Assembly: GCA_011390065.1 (NCBI GenBank)
Contig: JAABTD010000006.1
Coordinates: 16 to 64,015, forward strand
Origin: Desulfobacteraceae bacterium
GTDB taxonomy: Bacteria; Desulfobacterota; Desulfobacteria; Desulfobacterales; JAABSP01
Length of the DNA: 64,000 nt
Direction of reading: 5' to 3'
Of the stretch, positions 50,188 through 59,774 are shown one piece after another (position 1 is the first letter of the stretch; the number at the start of each line of letters is the position of its first letter). Made by a program: the position numbers and the translations under genes. The notes beneath the pieces were generated by a model, which saw only the letters and a program-made list of their open reading frames with translations, did no database searches and was not told the DNA's origin.

Positions 50188-51219
50188 ATGGCTAAAATTA
50201 CATCTCGGTTTCGACATTACATCGCCAAGCTGGTGGTTACCCGGCCCGCCATGGTGGACCGGTACGTCTGGCTGCGGATGACCGACCGGGCTGCCGAATT
50301 GCTCAATGCCAAATTCGACATCAAGGCGCCGCGCAGATTGCGCATAGCCAAGGACGACTATGAGTGGAAACGCTGGGATTTCTTCGCTGCCGCGAAATAT
50401 TTCTTCAATTTCAAGGCTGAAACCGTCGCCGCCATCTATAGCCGGTGGTTCAACACGCCGGGGTTCGATCCCAAGTTCAAGCCTTCCGTGTTGTTGAACC
50501 TCTGGTTGACGGTGCCCATCTTCGTCTTCGCCCCGGATGGATTGTCAGAGGATCAGAAGAAGGAGAAGATCAAGGAGATGGAGGCGAAAATCGACGAAGT
50601 GATCGGCGTCATTGGGGAATCCAACCCGGATTTGACCGCTGATTTGCTCCAGAACATGTCGGTCGATGCGGCTGTTCAGTTTCTGGAAAAGACCAATGCG
50701 CCGCCCCTGCTCATGGTGTTGCGGAAAATTCTTCCATTCGAAGTCACCGTTAAGCTTTTCAACGCCTTGCGGCAAAAAAATCATGATCGCTTCACCTACT
50801 GGATTCAACGATTTCCCATCGAGGATGTGGCCAAGGCCAAGATGAGACTGCTGGAGATCGATCGAATGGCCATTGAAGAATACCGGCTCAAAAACGAGAT
50901 CATGAAATACAAGCATGGGGAACTGAGCCGCAGAAAAGAAGAATATCAGATTGAGACCGAACCCTTCAAACAGGACGCTGAGCAGTGGCAGTACAAAAAT
51001 GATAAAATCAAATTCGAGGAGATGGTCGAGAAACGGGAAAAGCGGAGAGCGGAGAAAGAGGATTCCATCGAAGAGCAGCAACGAGAACGGCAGGCCAATC
51101 TGGAGAAGAGCGTAGCGGATCTGGCCAAAACCCTGACGGACGTCATCAACCAGTACCGTCAGGAGGAAGAGAAACCGGCCAGACCGATCCAGTCGGCGGA
51201 AGGCAAGGGGGAAAAATGA
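50188..51219 (+). CDS. Hypothetical protein with Lys/Glu-rich coiled-coil C-terminal half
   Basis: 343 aa, same strand, 35 nt after the permease. Codon usage is visibly more A/T-rich than the neighbours. I recognised no family. Confidence 0.6.
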   Translation: MAKITSRFRHYIAKLVVTRPAMVDRYVWLRMTDRAAELLNAKFDIKAPRRLRIAKDDYEWKRWDFFAAAKYFFNFKAETVAAIYSRWFNTPGFDPKFKPSVLLNLWLTVPIFVFAPDGLSEDQKKEKIKEMEAKIDEVIGVIGESNPDLTADLLQNMSVDAAVQFLEKTNAPPLLMVLRKILPFEVTVKLFNALRQKNHDRFTYWIQRFPIEDVAKAKMRLLEIDRMAIEEYRLKNEIMKYKHGELSRRKEEYQIETEPFKQDAEQWQYKNDKIKFEEMVEKREKRRAEKEDSIEEQQRERQANLEKSVADLAKTLTDVINQYRQEEEKPARPIQSAEGKGEK

Positions 51220-51231
51220 CGGCCGATGCCC

Positions 51232-51660
51232 CTACATGAAGTCCGATAACCGGACCGGTCCCGATTCCTGGTTTTTCTGGCCGAACAGACGCGCCCCCCA
51301 CCCCAGCGCCAGGAGGCCCCCGATCAGAGACAGAATCTGGGTCACCGCCAGCCGTTGCCCGGCCAGCCATCCCACAAAAGCAAAGACGCACATGCCGATC
51401 ACGCCGATGAAAAGAATGGGGAGCGCCACACGGATCAAAAAGGCCATGAACGGAAGACCAATGCGATAATAAAGCATCAGAAGGCCGATAAAGACCACAA
51501 CCGCGAAGAAAATCCCGCCGAAGACAACCAGAACGTGGAAGGTGATTTCGGTATCGCCGACAGCGATCTCCGCGCTGTAATCCACGGCCCAGCCCGGTCC
51601 CGCTGCGATCAGCAGAAACAGCAGCGCCAACCGATATATTTTTCGATGCAATCGGTTCAT
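51232..51660 (-). CDS. Hypothetical membrane protein (about 4 TM)
   Basis: The start was moved to MNRLHRKIYRLALLFLLIAAG (signal or TM-like). The rest of the protein is hydrophobic helices. Confidence 0.5.
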   Translation of the reverse strand: MNRLHRKIYRLALLFLLIAAGPGWAVDYSAEIAVGDTEITFHVLVVFGGIFFAVVVFIGLLMLYYRIGLPFMAFLIRVALPILFIGVIGMCVFAFVGWLAGQRLAVTQILSLIGGLLALGWGARLFGQKNQESGPVRLSDFM

Positions 51661-51796
51661 CGTTCCTATACCGCCCCGCCAAGTTGCAATCCATAGACAA
51701 TGCATGGAAATATTGAAAATAAGTTTAGGGGGTTTATGTCCGGAGGTCAAGCGGATAATTTGCCATGCGCCGTCGCGGGAAAAAGCCGAAAAAATC

Positions 51797-51853
51797 TTGA
51801 CAGGCCGGTTTGCCGGGTGTATTTAGTCCCCCTACTATTTAGGATCACTAAAT
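51797..51853 (+). promoter_or_regulatory. Promoter (TTGACA-17-TATTTA) with overlapping ATTTAG half-site repeats; candidate MarR operator
   Basis: -35 at 51797..51802 and -10 at 51820..51825. ATTTAG occurs at 51821 and 51837, and an inverted CTAAAT at 51848 forms a 6-5-6 palindrome. Confidence 0.4.
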
Positions 51854-51889
51854 ATTAATCTTATTGAATTTTAGAAAGACGATGGATAC

Positions 51890-52426
51890 ATGAACATGAC
51901 CGACGCCGCCCGTGCGGATGTGGAAGATCAGGCCCGCCGCATCGTCGAGGTGGGAAAGCTGTTGCACGATTATGTCCACCAGAGTTTCAGCCGCCACGCC
52001 GCCGGCAACCGAGGCCGGAAAAAACTGGCGTCATTAACCCTGCCCCAGCTTGATGCCGTCAGAGCGGCCGGCCGGTCCGATGAAGTGACCATTACGAAGC
52101 TGTCCAGAACGCTGGGGGTGTCGGCGCCTTCAGCCTCGGCCATGGTGGATCGCCTGGTGGAGCGGGGCATCCTCATTCGGGAGCGGAGCCGGCAGGACCG
52201 CCGGAAGGTGGTGGTCCGCGTTTCCGAGGATGTGGCGGAGGATATCCAGCGCATTGAGGAGAGCATTCTGGGAGAATTTATCGATATCATTGAAAAAATA
52301 GGCCCGGAAGCCGCCGGGAAATGGTGCGAGGTCCTGGACCGGGTCCATTGCATTCTGGCTGAAAAATCGACGACCCGATCCGGATGCGGACAACAAAGAA
52401 GGGGGGAAACCCATGGAATCGAATAA
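51890..52426 (+). CDS. MarR-family transcriptional regulator
   Basis: Winged-helix core LTLPQLDAVRAAGRSDEVTITKLSRTLGVSAPSASAMVDRLVERGILIRERSRQDRRKVVV. Confidence 0.85.
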   Translation: MNMTDAARADVEDQARRIVEVGKLLHDYVHQSFSRHAAGNRGRKKLASLTLPQLDAVRAAGRSDEVTITKLSRTLGVSAPSASAMVDRLVERGILIRERSRQDRRKVVVRVSEDVAEDIQRIEESILGEFIDIIEKIGPEAAGKWCEVLDRVHCILAEKSTTRSGCGQQRRGETHGIE

Positions 52427-53759
52427 AAACGGCCGGCCCCGTGCCCGGGTGCTGTTCCGCGTCGTATTGTGCATGATCGTGCTGGGCATCGGCGCGGCCG
52501 GCATGATGGCCCTGGCCGGCTTAAAGGAACCGCCGGCCGAAGCCGAGCATGCGGAACGGCCCATCAAGGTGGAAACGGTGACCGCGATGCCCACGGACGT
52601 CGAGGTTTACATCTCCGGCTTCGGAGAGGCCCGTTCCCTGAATGTGGTCGCCATTGCAGCGGAGGTATCCGGACGGGTGGCGGCGGTCCATCCCCGCCTG
52701 GAGCCGGGTGAGATCATCGCCGAAGGAGAACTGTTGTTCCGGATCGACGACAGCACTTACCGGGCCGCCGCCGATGAGGCCCGGGCCATGGTGGAGGGGC
52801 GGCAGAAGACGATCGCCCGCCTCCAACAGGAATATGAGGCGGACCGCCGGCGTCTCAAGACGCTGAAGCGGAACAAGGACCTTGCGGCCCGCGAATATCG
52901 ACGGCTCAAAACGCTTTACGAACAGGACGACGTGGGGACCCGGTCCGGCGTGGAAAAAGCGGAACAGGCTGTCAACGCCGCTGTCGATGCGGTCGATCAA
53001 CTATCCCTGGCCGTGGCGGTCTATCCCACGCGGATCGAGGAGAGCCGGGCGTCCCTTGCTTCTGCCAGGGCCACCCTGGAACGGGCCCAAAACGATCTGG
53101 AACGGACCACGGTCCATGCGCCTTTCGACGGCCGGGTCAAGAGCGCCGACATCGAGGCAGGCCAGTATGCCGCTCCGGGTCAGACCGCGGTGGTCCTCGC
53201 CGACGATTCCGTGCTGGAAATCCAAGCTCCCCTGGACAGTCGGGATGCCCGGAAATGGCTCCGTTTCAATGAGGGCCAGGCCGGAACCAATGCCGCCTGG
53301 TTCACAAACCTCACCCCGGTTCCCTGCACCGTCCGGTGGACCGACGACCCGGAAGGCCACCAATGGTCTGGCCGCCTCCACCGGGTGGTGGCCTTTGATC
53401 CCACAACCCGCACCCTGACCGTCGCCGTTCGGGTCTCCGCCGCCGAAGCCCTTTCCGGCGACGGTCTGCCGCTGGTGGAGGGCATGTTCTGCCGGATGGA
53501 AATTCCCGGAAATACCCTTCACGACGTTTTTCCCCTGCCGCGATGGGCCGTCTCATTCAAGGACACCGTTTACCTGGCGCAAGGCGATCGGCTGAAAACA
53601 ACGCCGGTTTCGGTGGCCCGGGTGGAAGGGGAGAAAGCCCTGGTCTCCGGAGGACTGACGCCGGGCGACCAGGTGATCGTCACCCGCCTGGTGGATCCTC
53701 TGGAAAATTCGTTGCTTGAAATCGTTGACCCGGCCGCCTCGGAGGGGGATCGATCATGA
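52413..53759 (+). CDS. Efflux RND transporter periplasmic adaptor (MFP/HlyD family)
   Basis: N-terminal TM, a coiled-coil hairpin region and barrel segments. It overlaps the marR stop, and its own stop overlaps the RND start (ATGA). Confidence 0.88.
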   Translation: MESNKNGRPRARVLFRVVLCMIVLGIGAAGMMALAGLKEPPAEAEHAERPIKVETVTAMPTDVEVYISGFGEARSLNVVAIAAEVSGRVAAVHPRLEPGEIIAEGELLFRIDDSTYRAAADEARAMVEGRQKTIARLQQEYEADRRRLKTLKRNKDLAAREYRRLKTLYEQDDVGTRSGVEKAEQAVNAAVDAVDQLSLAVAVYPTRIEESRASLASARATLERAQNDLERTTVHAPFDGRVKSADIEAGQYAAPGQTAVVLADDSVLEIQAPLDSRDARKWLRFNEGQAGTNAAWFTNLTPVPCTVRWTDDPEGHQWSGRLHRVVAFDPTTRTLTVAVRVSAAEALSGDGLPLVEGMFCRMEIPGNTLHDVFPLPRWAVSFKDTVYLAQGDRLKTTPVSVARVEGEKALVSGGLTPGDQVIVTRLVDPLENSLLEIVDPAASEGDRS

Positions 53760-56700
53760 AAGCCGTTCTGACCGCGTTCGCGCGGAATCGCGTATTTGCC
53801 AATATCCTGCTCCTGCTCATTTTCATGGCCAGCTTTCTGGCCATCAAATCCATGGTCAGGGAGACCTTTCCCGAGTTTTCCCTGGACATGATCACCATCA
53901 CCGTCCCCTATCCGGGCGCCGACCCCGAGGAGGTGGAGGAAGGCATCAGCCGGAAGATCGAAGAGGCTCTCGATGATGTGGAAGGGATCAAGCAGTACAC
54001 CACCCAGTCCAGCGAAGGGGTTGCCGCGGCCCAGATTGAAGTCAAAGAAACATACGACGTTGCAGACGTCCTGGATAAAGTCCGCACGGAGATCAACGCC
54101 ATTTCCACCTTTCCGGTGGATGCTGAAAACCCGATCATCTCCGAGATGACGCTCAAGGATTCCGTGGTGCTGATCTCGGTTTCCGGCGATATGTCCGAGC
54201 GGGGGCTCAAGGAGTGGGCTCATCGGATGAAAGACGAGATGCAGCAACTTCCGGAAATCTCCCAGGCCGAGGTCTTCGTGGTCCGGGAATACGAGATCGG
54301 CGTCGAGGTCTCCGAAACCCGGCTCCGGGAATACGGCCTCACCTTCGATCAGGTGGCCGCCGCCGTTCGGCAGAGCAACCTCAACATGGCCGGCGGCGCC
54401 ATCCGGTCCGAAGGGGAAGAGATCCGGGTGCGGACCATGGGCCGGAAATACACCGGCAAGGAGATGGCCAAGATTGTGGTGAAGGCTGCGCCGGGCGGGG
54501 AACTCATCACGCTGGATCGGCTGGCGGTCATCGACGACGGGTTCGCCGAAGACCCCATCGAAGCCCGCATCAACGGCCGGCCGGCGGCCCTGCTCAATAT
54601 TCTCAAAACCAAAGAAGAGGACGCCCTGACCATCGCCGGCGCGGTTTCCCGGTTCATTGAACAGAAGCGGCGGGAACTGCCGGCCGGCGCCGATATCGCT
54701 GTCATCTATGACGCCACGGAGATGCTCCAGGACCGCATCGACCTGCTGCTCAAAAACGGGATCATCGGGCTGGCCCTGGTCTTCCTGCTTTTGTGGCTGT
54801 TTCTGGACATGCGGCTCAGCTTCTGGGCCGGCATGGGCATTCCCATCTCCCTGGGCGGCGGCATGGTGATCCTCTGGATGATGGGCGAGACCATCAACAT
54901 GATTTCCCTCTTCGGGCTCATCATGGTCCTGGGGATTGTTGTGGATGACGCCATCGTGGTGGGAGAGGCCATCTTTGTGCACCGCCAGCAGGGCGAACCG
55001 CCTCTGAAGGCCGCCGTGGAGGGGGTGAGCGAGGTGGGCCTGCCGGTGATCGCAGCGGTGGTCACCTCCATCGTGGCCTTTTTGCCCCTGGCCTACATCG
55101 GCGGCGTCATGGGGAAATTCATCGAAATCCTGCCGGTGGTGGTCATCGCCTGTCTGCTCATTTCCCTGGTGGAATGTCTCATTCTTCTGCCGGCCCATCT
55201 CAGCGACCTGCCGGACCCCAACCGAAAACGGCCCCGCCGCTGGTCTCCGGCCGCAATCAACACCCTGACCGGCCGGGGGATGGAATGGTTTGTCGAGCAG
55301 GTCTACAAACCCTTCCTGAGAAAGGCGGTTCACTGGCGCTACGTCTCCTTTTGCACCGCCATCGCCGTGTTGTTGATCACCATCGGGTTTATGCGGGGCG
55401 GGATTCTCAAATTCGAGGTTTTCGGCGAGGTGGACGGGTTCATCGTCACGGCCAATGTGACATTTCCCAACGGCACGCCGCCCGATGTCACCGAGGCGGC
55501 GGTGAAGCGCATCGATGCGGCCATGGCGCGTCTTTCCGAGCGGCTGGAAACCGCCTCCGGAAAGCCCCTGGTGATCAACCGCCTCTCCCTGGTGGGCCAG
55601 AGTCTGGGCCAGATTCCGGAATCCGGTCCTCATCTGGGCGGGATGCACGCCGTTCTCCTGCCTTCGGAGGAACGGGGCATCCCCTCCCAGGACATCCTGG
55701 TGATGTGGGAAAAAGAGGTGGGGCCCATTCCCGGCGTTAAGTCCCTTATTTTCGAGGGCATGGCCACCGGCCCGCCGGGAGCGCCCATCGAGGTCTGGAT
55801 TCAGGGCCGCGATATGGAACCGATTCTGGCGGCGGCCGATGATCTTCAGGAGCGGCTGCGGGACTTCGAGGGCGTGTATCAGGTGCGAAGCGATTTTTCC
55901 CCCGGCAAAAATGAACTCCGGCTTTCCCTGAAACCCGAGGCCCGGACCCTGGGGCTGACGGTAGAGGATCTGGCCCGACAGGTCTATGCCGGCTATTACG
56001 GCCAGGAGGCAGTTCGGCTCCAAAGGGGACGGGACGACATCCGGGTCAAGGTCCGCTACACCGAAGCGGAGCGGGGCCGTCTTTCCGACTTCCAGAATAT
56101 TCGGATCCGCACCCCGGAGGGCTTAGCCGTGCCGCTGCTGTCGGTGGCCGACGCGACCTTCGCGCCGGGATACGCCACCATCACCCGGACCGATGGGATG
56201 CGCCGGGTCGCAGTGAGCGCCGCAGTGGATTCCGGCAAGGCCAACGCCAACGAGATCCTCAACCGGCTGGCAAGCGATTATTTCCCCAAACTCAACGACG
56301 CCTATCCGGGGATTTACATTTCGTCCCAGGGTGAAAAGAAAAAGATGCGGGAATCGTTTTCCAGCCTGATGGTGGGCGTGCCCATGGCCCTGATCGGCAT
56401 CTACATCATCATCGCCACGATGTTCCGGTCGTACCTCCAGCCGATGGTGATTCTTTTTACGGTCCCTTTCGGCATCATCGGGGCGATTCTGGGTCACTTG
56501 CTGCTGGGGTACAATTTGTCGCTCCTGTCGGTATTCGGCATGGTGGCCCTCACCGGGGTGGTGGTCAACGACGCCATCGTGCTCATCGAGCGGATCAACG
56601 AAAACCTCGCCGGCGGCATGGCGTTTGTCGATGCCATTGTCAACGGCGGCGCCCGGCGGTTCCGGGCCATTATTCTCACCACCCTCAGCACCGTTGGGGG

Positions 56701-57019
56701 GCTGACGCCGCTCATCGCCGAGCAGGATCTCCAGGCCCGGTTCCTGATCCCCATGGCCCTTTCCCTGGCCGCCGGCGTGGCCTTCGCCACCCTGTTGACC
56801 CTCGTGTTGGCGCCCAGCCTGCTGGTGATCCTGAACGACTTGCGGCGGTTGACGGCCCGGATTCGCCAGGGTCGCTGGCCGGCGCCGGAAACGGTGGAGC
56901 CGGCCCGGTTCCGCCGGGAAAACCTCGGTGAAGGCCCGGCCCGGGAATCCGGAGATGCAGACGCGGTGGTCTATCCCATCGGTGCGTCATCGCCGACCAT
57001 CTCCAGGATCGGCGCCTGA
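53756..57019 (+). CDS. Efflux RND transporter permease (AcrB/AcrD/AcrF family)
   Basis: 1087 aa with a 12-TM plus two large periplasmic loops layout. It has conserved TM4 (GIVVDDAIVV) and TM10 (TGVVVNDAIVLIE) motifs. Confidence 0.93.
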   Translation: MKAVLTAFARNRVFANILLLLIFMASFLAIKSMVRETFPEFSLDMITITVPYPGADPEEVEEGISRKIEEALDDVEGIKQYTTQSSEGVAAAQIEVKETYDVADVLDKVRTEINAISTFPVDAENPIISEMTLKDSVVLISVSGDMSERGLKEWAHRMKDEMQQLPEISQAEVFVVREYEIGVEVSETRLREYGLTFDQVAAAVRQSNLNMAGGAIRSEGEEIRVRTMGRKYTGKEMAKIVVKAAPGGELITLDRLAVIDDGFAEDPIEARINGRPAALLNILKTKEEDALTIAGAVSRFIEQKRRELPAGADIAVIYDATEMLQDRIDLLLKNGIIGLALVFLLLWLFLDMRLSFWAGMGIPISLGGGMVILWMMGETINMISLFGLIMVLGIVVDDAIVVGEAIFVHRQQGEPPLKAAVEGVSEVGLPVIAAVVTSIVAFLPLAYIGGVMGKFIEILPVVVIACLLISLVECLILLPAHLSDLPDPNRKRPRRWSPAAINTLTGRGMEWFVEQVYKPFLRKAVHWRYVSFCTAIAVLLITIGFMRGGILKFEVFGEVDGFIVTANVTFPNGTPPDVTEAAVKRIDAAMARLSERLETASGKPLVINRLSLVGQSLGQIPESGPHLGGMHAVLLPSEERGIPSQDILVMWEKEVGPIPGVKSLIFEGMATGPPGAPIEVWIQGRDMEPILAAADDLQERLRDFEGVYQVRSDFSPGKNELRLSLKPEARTLGLTVEDLARQVYAGYYGQEAVRLQRGRDDIRVKVRYTEAERGRLSDFQNIRIRTPEGLAVPLLSVADATFAPGYATITRTDGMRRVAVSAAVDSGKANANEILNRLASDYFPKLNDAYPGIYISSQGEKKKMRESFSSLMVGVPMALIGIYIIIATMFRSYLQPMVILFTVPFGIIGAILGHLLLGYNLSLLSVFGMVALTGVVVNDAIVLIERINENLAGGMAFVDAIVNGGARRFRAIILTTLSTVGGLTPLIAEQDLQARFLIPMALSLAAGVAFATLLTLVLAPSLLVILNDLRRLTARIRQGRWPAPETVEPARFRRENLGEGPARESGDADAVVYPIGASSPTISRIGA

Positions 57020-57080
57020 TGATGGCGCGGGACGGGGTTCAATTGCTTTCAACGCTAAACAACTGGATCAGAAAGTCGAG

Positions 57081-58475
57081 ATGATGAGAAAAGAGACCGG
57101 ATGGACCGGATGGATTGGATGGGCTGGATGGCTGGCCATGGCGGCCCTGATGCTTCCGATGGCTGCCGCGGCCCGGGAAGGGGCTGAGGCCCAGGCCCTC
57201 TCGCCAATCCCGGCGCTGGACCTGGCAACGGCCCAGGAAATCGCCCTTTCGGAAAACCCGAACCTGGATGCAGCTTTGGACCGGGTTCGGCAGGCGCGGG
57301 CGCGGGTGGATCAGGCCCGATCGGAATACTGGCCCCGGTTGGACGCCGTTACATCGGGATCCCAGGTCTGGTACGGGGAGGCGCCCACTCCGTTTCCGGG
57401 CGTCGAAGCTGAAGACCGGCAGGACATCTATACCGCCGGCCTGTCGGCCACCTGGATTCTGTTCGACGGGTTCCAGCGGAAATTCAAGATCCTGGCGGCC
57501 CGATACGGGGCAGAGGGCAGCCGGGCCGCCCGGTTGGACACGGCCCGGCTCCTGCTCTCGTCTGTGGCAAACGCCTTCCATAACGCCCAACTGGCAAGGG
57601 AAAACATCGCCATCGCCCAGGCCGATGAAAAATTCAACCAGCGGTTGGCGGAAGATGCCCGGGCCCGTCGCCGGGTGGGGACCGGGACCCTGAGCGATGT
57701 GCTCAACTTCGAGGTGGGGATCAATTCGGCCCGGGCCAATGTCATCCGCGCCCGGGAAAGTTGGGAAACAGCCCGGTATGGACTGGCGGTTCTCATGGGT
57801 GATCCGGACGGCCGGCTCCCGGCGGGCATGGAGCTGGCCCCGTTGCCGCCGGAAACCGAAGCGATGCTGACCCTGCCGGGGCCGGCCGAGGCCATCGATT
57901 ACGCCCTGGCCCATCGCCCCGACATCCGGACAGGAGAACTGCAACTCGAAAGCGCTGAAGCGGGCATCGGTCAGGCTCGGGCCGGGTATTTTCCCCGCGT
58001 CAACCTGTCCGCCGCCTATGAAGGGGAACGGATCGATGACCCCGAATTCGGCTCGGACGACTTCGATGCCAGCGTGGGCCTGAATCTCTCGTACAACCTT
58101 TTTCAGGGGGGCTACACCCGTGCCCGGGTTCGGGAGGCGATGGACGGATCGGCTGAAGCCCGGAACCGCCTGGCCGACGTTCGGAATATGACGGTCTCCG
58201 AGGTTCGAACGGCCCTGGCTTCCTTTGCCTCGGCCAGAGACCAGCTGCTGCTCCAGCGAGAGAACGCGGAGCTGGTCCGGCGAAATCGGGATCTGGTGGA
58301 AAAGGAATATGCGGCCGGACAGACCTCGCTGGTTCGCCTTAACGAGGCCCAGCGGGATCTGATCCAGGCCCAGGGGCGACTGGCGCTGGCCCGGGTTTCC
58401 CTCCGGCAGGCGCGGCAGAGCCTGAAAGCGGCCACGGGGGAAATTCTCGCGCCCTTCGAGATTCCTGGGTTTTAA
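57081..58475 (+). CDS. TolC-family outer membrane efflux protein
   Basis: Signal peptide after MMRKETG, and two repeated OEP halves with the typical helix/strand periodicity. Confidence 0.85.
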   Translation: MMRKETGWTGWIGWAGWLAMAALMLPMAAAAREGAEAQALSPIPALDLATAQEIALSENPNLDAALDRVRQARARVDQARSEYWPRLDAVTSGSQVWYGEAPTPFPGVEAEDRQDIYTAGLSATWILFDGFQRKFKILAARYGAEGSRAARLDTARLLLSSVANAFHNAQLARENIAIAQADEKFNQRLAEDARARRRVGTGTLSDVLNFEVGINSARANVIRARESWETARYGLAVLMGDPDGRLPAGMELAPLPPETEAMLTLPGPAEAIDYALAHRPDIRTGELQLESAEAGIGQARAGYFPRVNLSAAYEGERIDDPEFGSDDFDASVGLNLSYNLFQGGYTRARVREAMDGSAEARNRLADVRNMTVSEVRTALASFASARDQLLLQRENAELVRRNRDLVEKEYAAGQTSLVRLNEAQRDLIQAQGRLALARVSLRQARQSLKAATGEILAPFEIPGF

Positions 58476-58489
58476 GGGGGTTTAACGGT

Positions 58490-58518
58490 TTGCCATAAGA
58501 ACCGCAAGCTGATATAAT
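58490..58518 (+). promoter_or_regulatory. Sigma70-like promoter candidate for the lipoprotein pair
   Basis: TTGCCA, 17 nt spacer, TATAAT, followed by an AAAGGAG SD. Confidence 0.5.
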
Positions 58519-58552
58519 GATGCCATTAACGTGAAAGGAGACTTTGATTCAA

Positions 58553-58933
58553 ATGATCCTCTTCCGATCCATGCTGCTGCTGGCGGCCCTGGCGCTGTTG
58601 TTTTCCGGCTGCGCCGCGGTGGGCAAAAACATCGAATACCAATCCTTCGACCCCGACAAGTTGGAGGGTGTTGCGCCCGGCCGAACCACGGCCGCTCAGG
58701 TGACGACGCTTTTCGGCGCCCCTACCCAGGTGGTGGAGCTTTCAGGCGGGAACGCCTATGTCTATGAGCGGTCGGTATCCAAGGCGACCGGGGCGTATTT
58801 CGTCCTGATCAGCTTTGTCCGTTACGACCAGCAGTTTGACCGGCTGGTGTTTTTCTTTGATGAAACAAATATGCTGACCCACTACGGGTTCAGCCTCAAC
58901 GCCGATGACGCCGCCTATGGTCTCCCTTTCTAA
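58553..58933 (+). CDS. Lipoprotein, hypothetical (BamE/SmpA_OmlA-like pattern)
   Basis: MILFRSMLLLAALALLFSGC lipobox. The track start, a TTG at 58544, is also possible. It contains GRTTAAQVTTLFGAPTQV. Confidence 0.6.
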   Translation: MILFRSMLLLAALALLFSGCAAVGKNIEYQSFDPDKLEGVAPGRTTAAQVTTLFGAPTQVVELSGGNAYVYERSVSKATGAYFVLISFVRYDQQFDRLVFFFDETNMLTHYGFSLNADDAAYGLPF

Positions 58934-59360
58934 ACGCGTCATTTTTTCAGCGGCCCTGGCGATGGCGGTTCTGTTCGTCGCCGGCTGCGTCTCTTACCGG
59001 CTGACCAAGGTCGAGGTCGGGCGCCCGGCGGAAAGGGACGCGGCAGGACAACTGGAAAGCGGGCAAACGACATTGACCGCGGCGCTTCAGCTCCTGGGGG
59101 CTCCCGACCGGATCATCGGCCTGGAGCGGCGGAACCTGTTGGTTTACCGGCGCAGCATCTCCTATGAAAACAGCCTGACCGTCAGCATCCCCCTAACGGA
59201 TTTCGTGGTCTTCAACAGCACGGAGTTCTCTGCGGCGGGCGGATTGGTCCGGTTTGACATCCTGGCCCTCTTTTTCACTCCCCAGGGGATACTGGAAAAA
59301 GCCGTACTGGAAAGCGGTTCCGAAGAACCTTATTTCAGGACCCTGTTCAAACGAGGGTGA
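58905..59360 (+). CDS. Lipoprotein, hypothetical; paralog of the preceding gene
   Basis: Lipobox AVLFVAGC and GQTTLTAALQLLGAPDRI, which parallels the upstream protein. Start is ATG 58905 or 58917; both overlap the upstream 3' end. Confidence 0.55.
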   Translation: MTPPMVSLSKRVIFSAALAMAVLFVAGCVSYRLTKVEVGRPAERDAAGQLESGQTTLTAALQLLGAPDRIIGLERRNLLVYRRSISYENSLTVSIPLTDFVVFNSTEFSAAGGLVRFDILALFFTPQGILEKAVLESGSEEPYFRTLFKRG

Positions 59361-59367
59361 TCCCGGG

Positions 59368-59553
59368 TCAATCGATGCCGAGGAGCTTTTTCAGGTCCAT
59401 CAGTTCCTGGCGCACATAGCGCCAGTTGTTATTCTGGGATTTCTGGCTCGGTTCTCTGTCCATCATGCTCCGGGCCAGATCCTGTCCGCTGTCGATGAGT
59501 CGCTCCATGTTCTTGATCACGGTTCGGATTTCTTCCGCCTTGTCCTGATCCAT
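59368..59553 (-). CDS. Small hypothetical protein (61 aa, helical)
   Basis: GGAG SD 7 nt upstream of the ATG. I recognised no family. Confidence 0.4.
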   Translation of the reverse strand: MDQDKAEEIRTVIKNMERLIDSGQDLARSMMDREPSQKSQNNNWRYVRQELMDLKKLLGID

Positions 59554-59774
59554 TCATATCTCCGATCGGCTTGCGGGTTTCCCGTTAAAACGGTTTGCCT
59601 TTTTATATGTCAATACGTCTCAAAATTCAATCTCAAGAGACGGTGTCGAAAATCGACGGATGTCCGTTGCCTACAGTCCTGTTTTCTTTTTATGGGGCAA
59701 GGACCTTATTTACTTTTCCGGCGTGATCGGTCAAAATAGCGGTAAAATGACGGTAAAACCATAAGGAGGTCGCA

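Noticed and set aside
53570-56023. 817-aa ORF on the minus strand across the RND permease
   Set aside because: It is antisense to the AcrB-family gene and has a low-complexity Gly/His/Pro/Asp-rich product.
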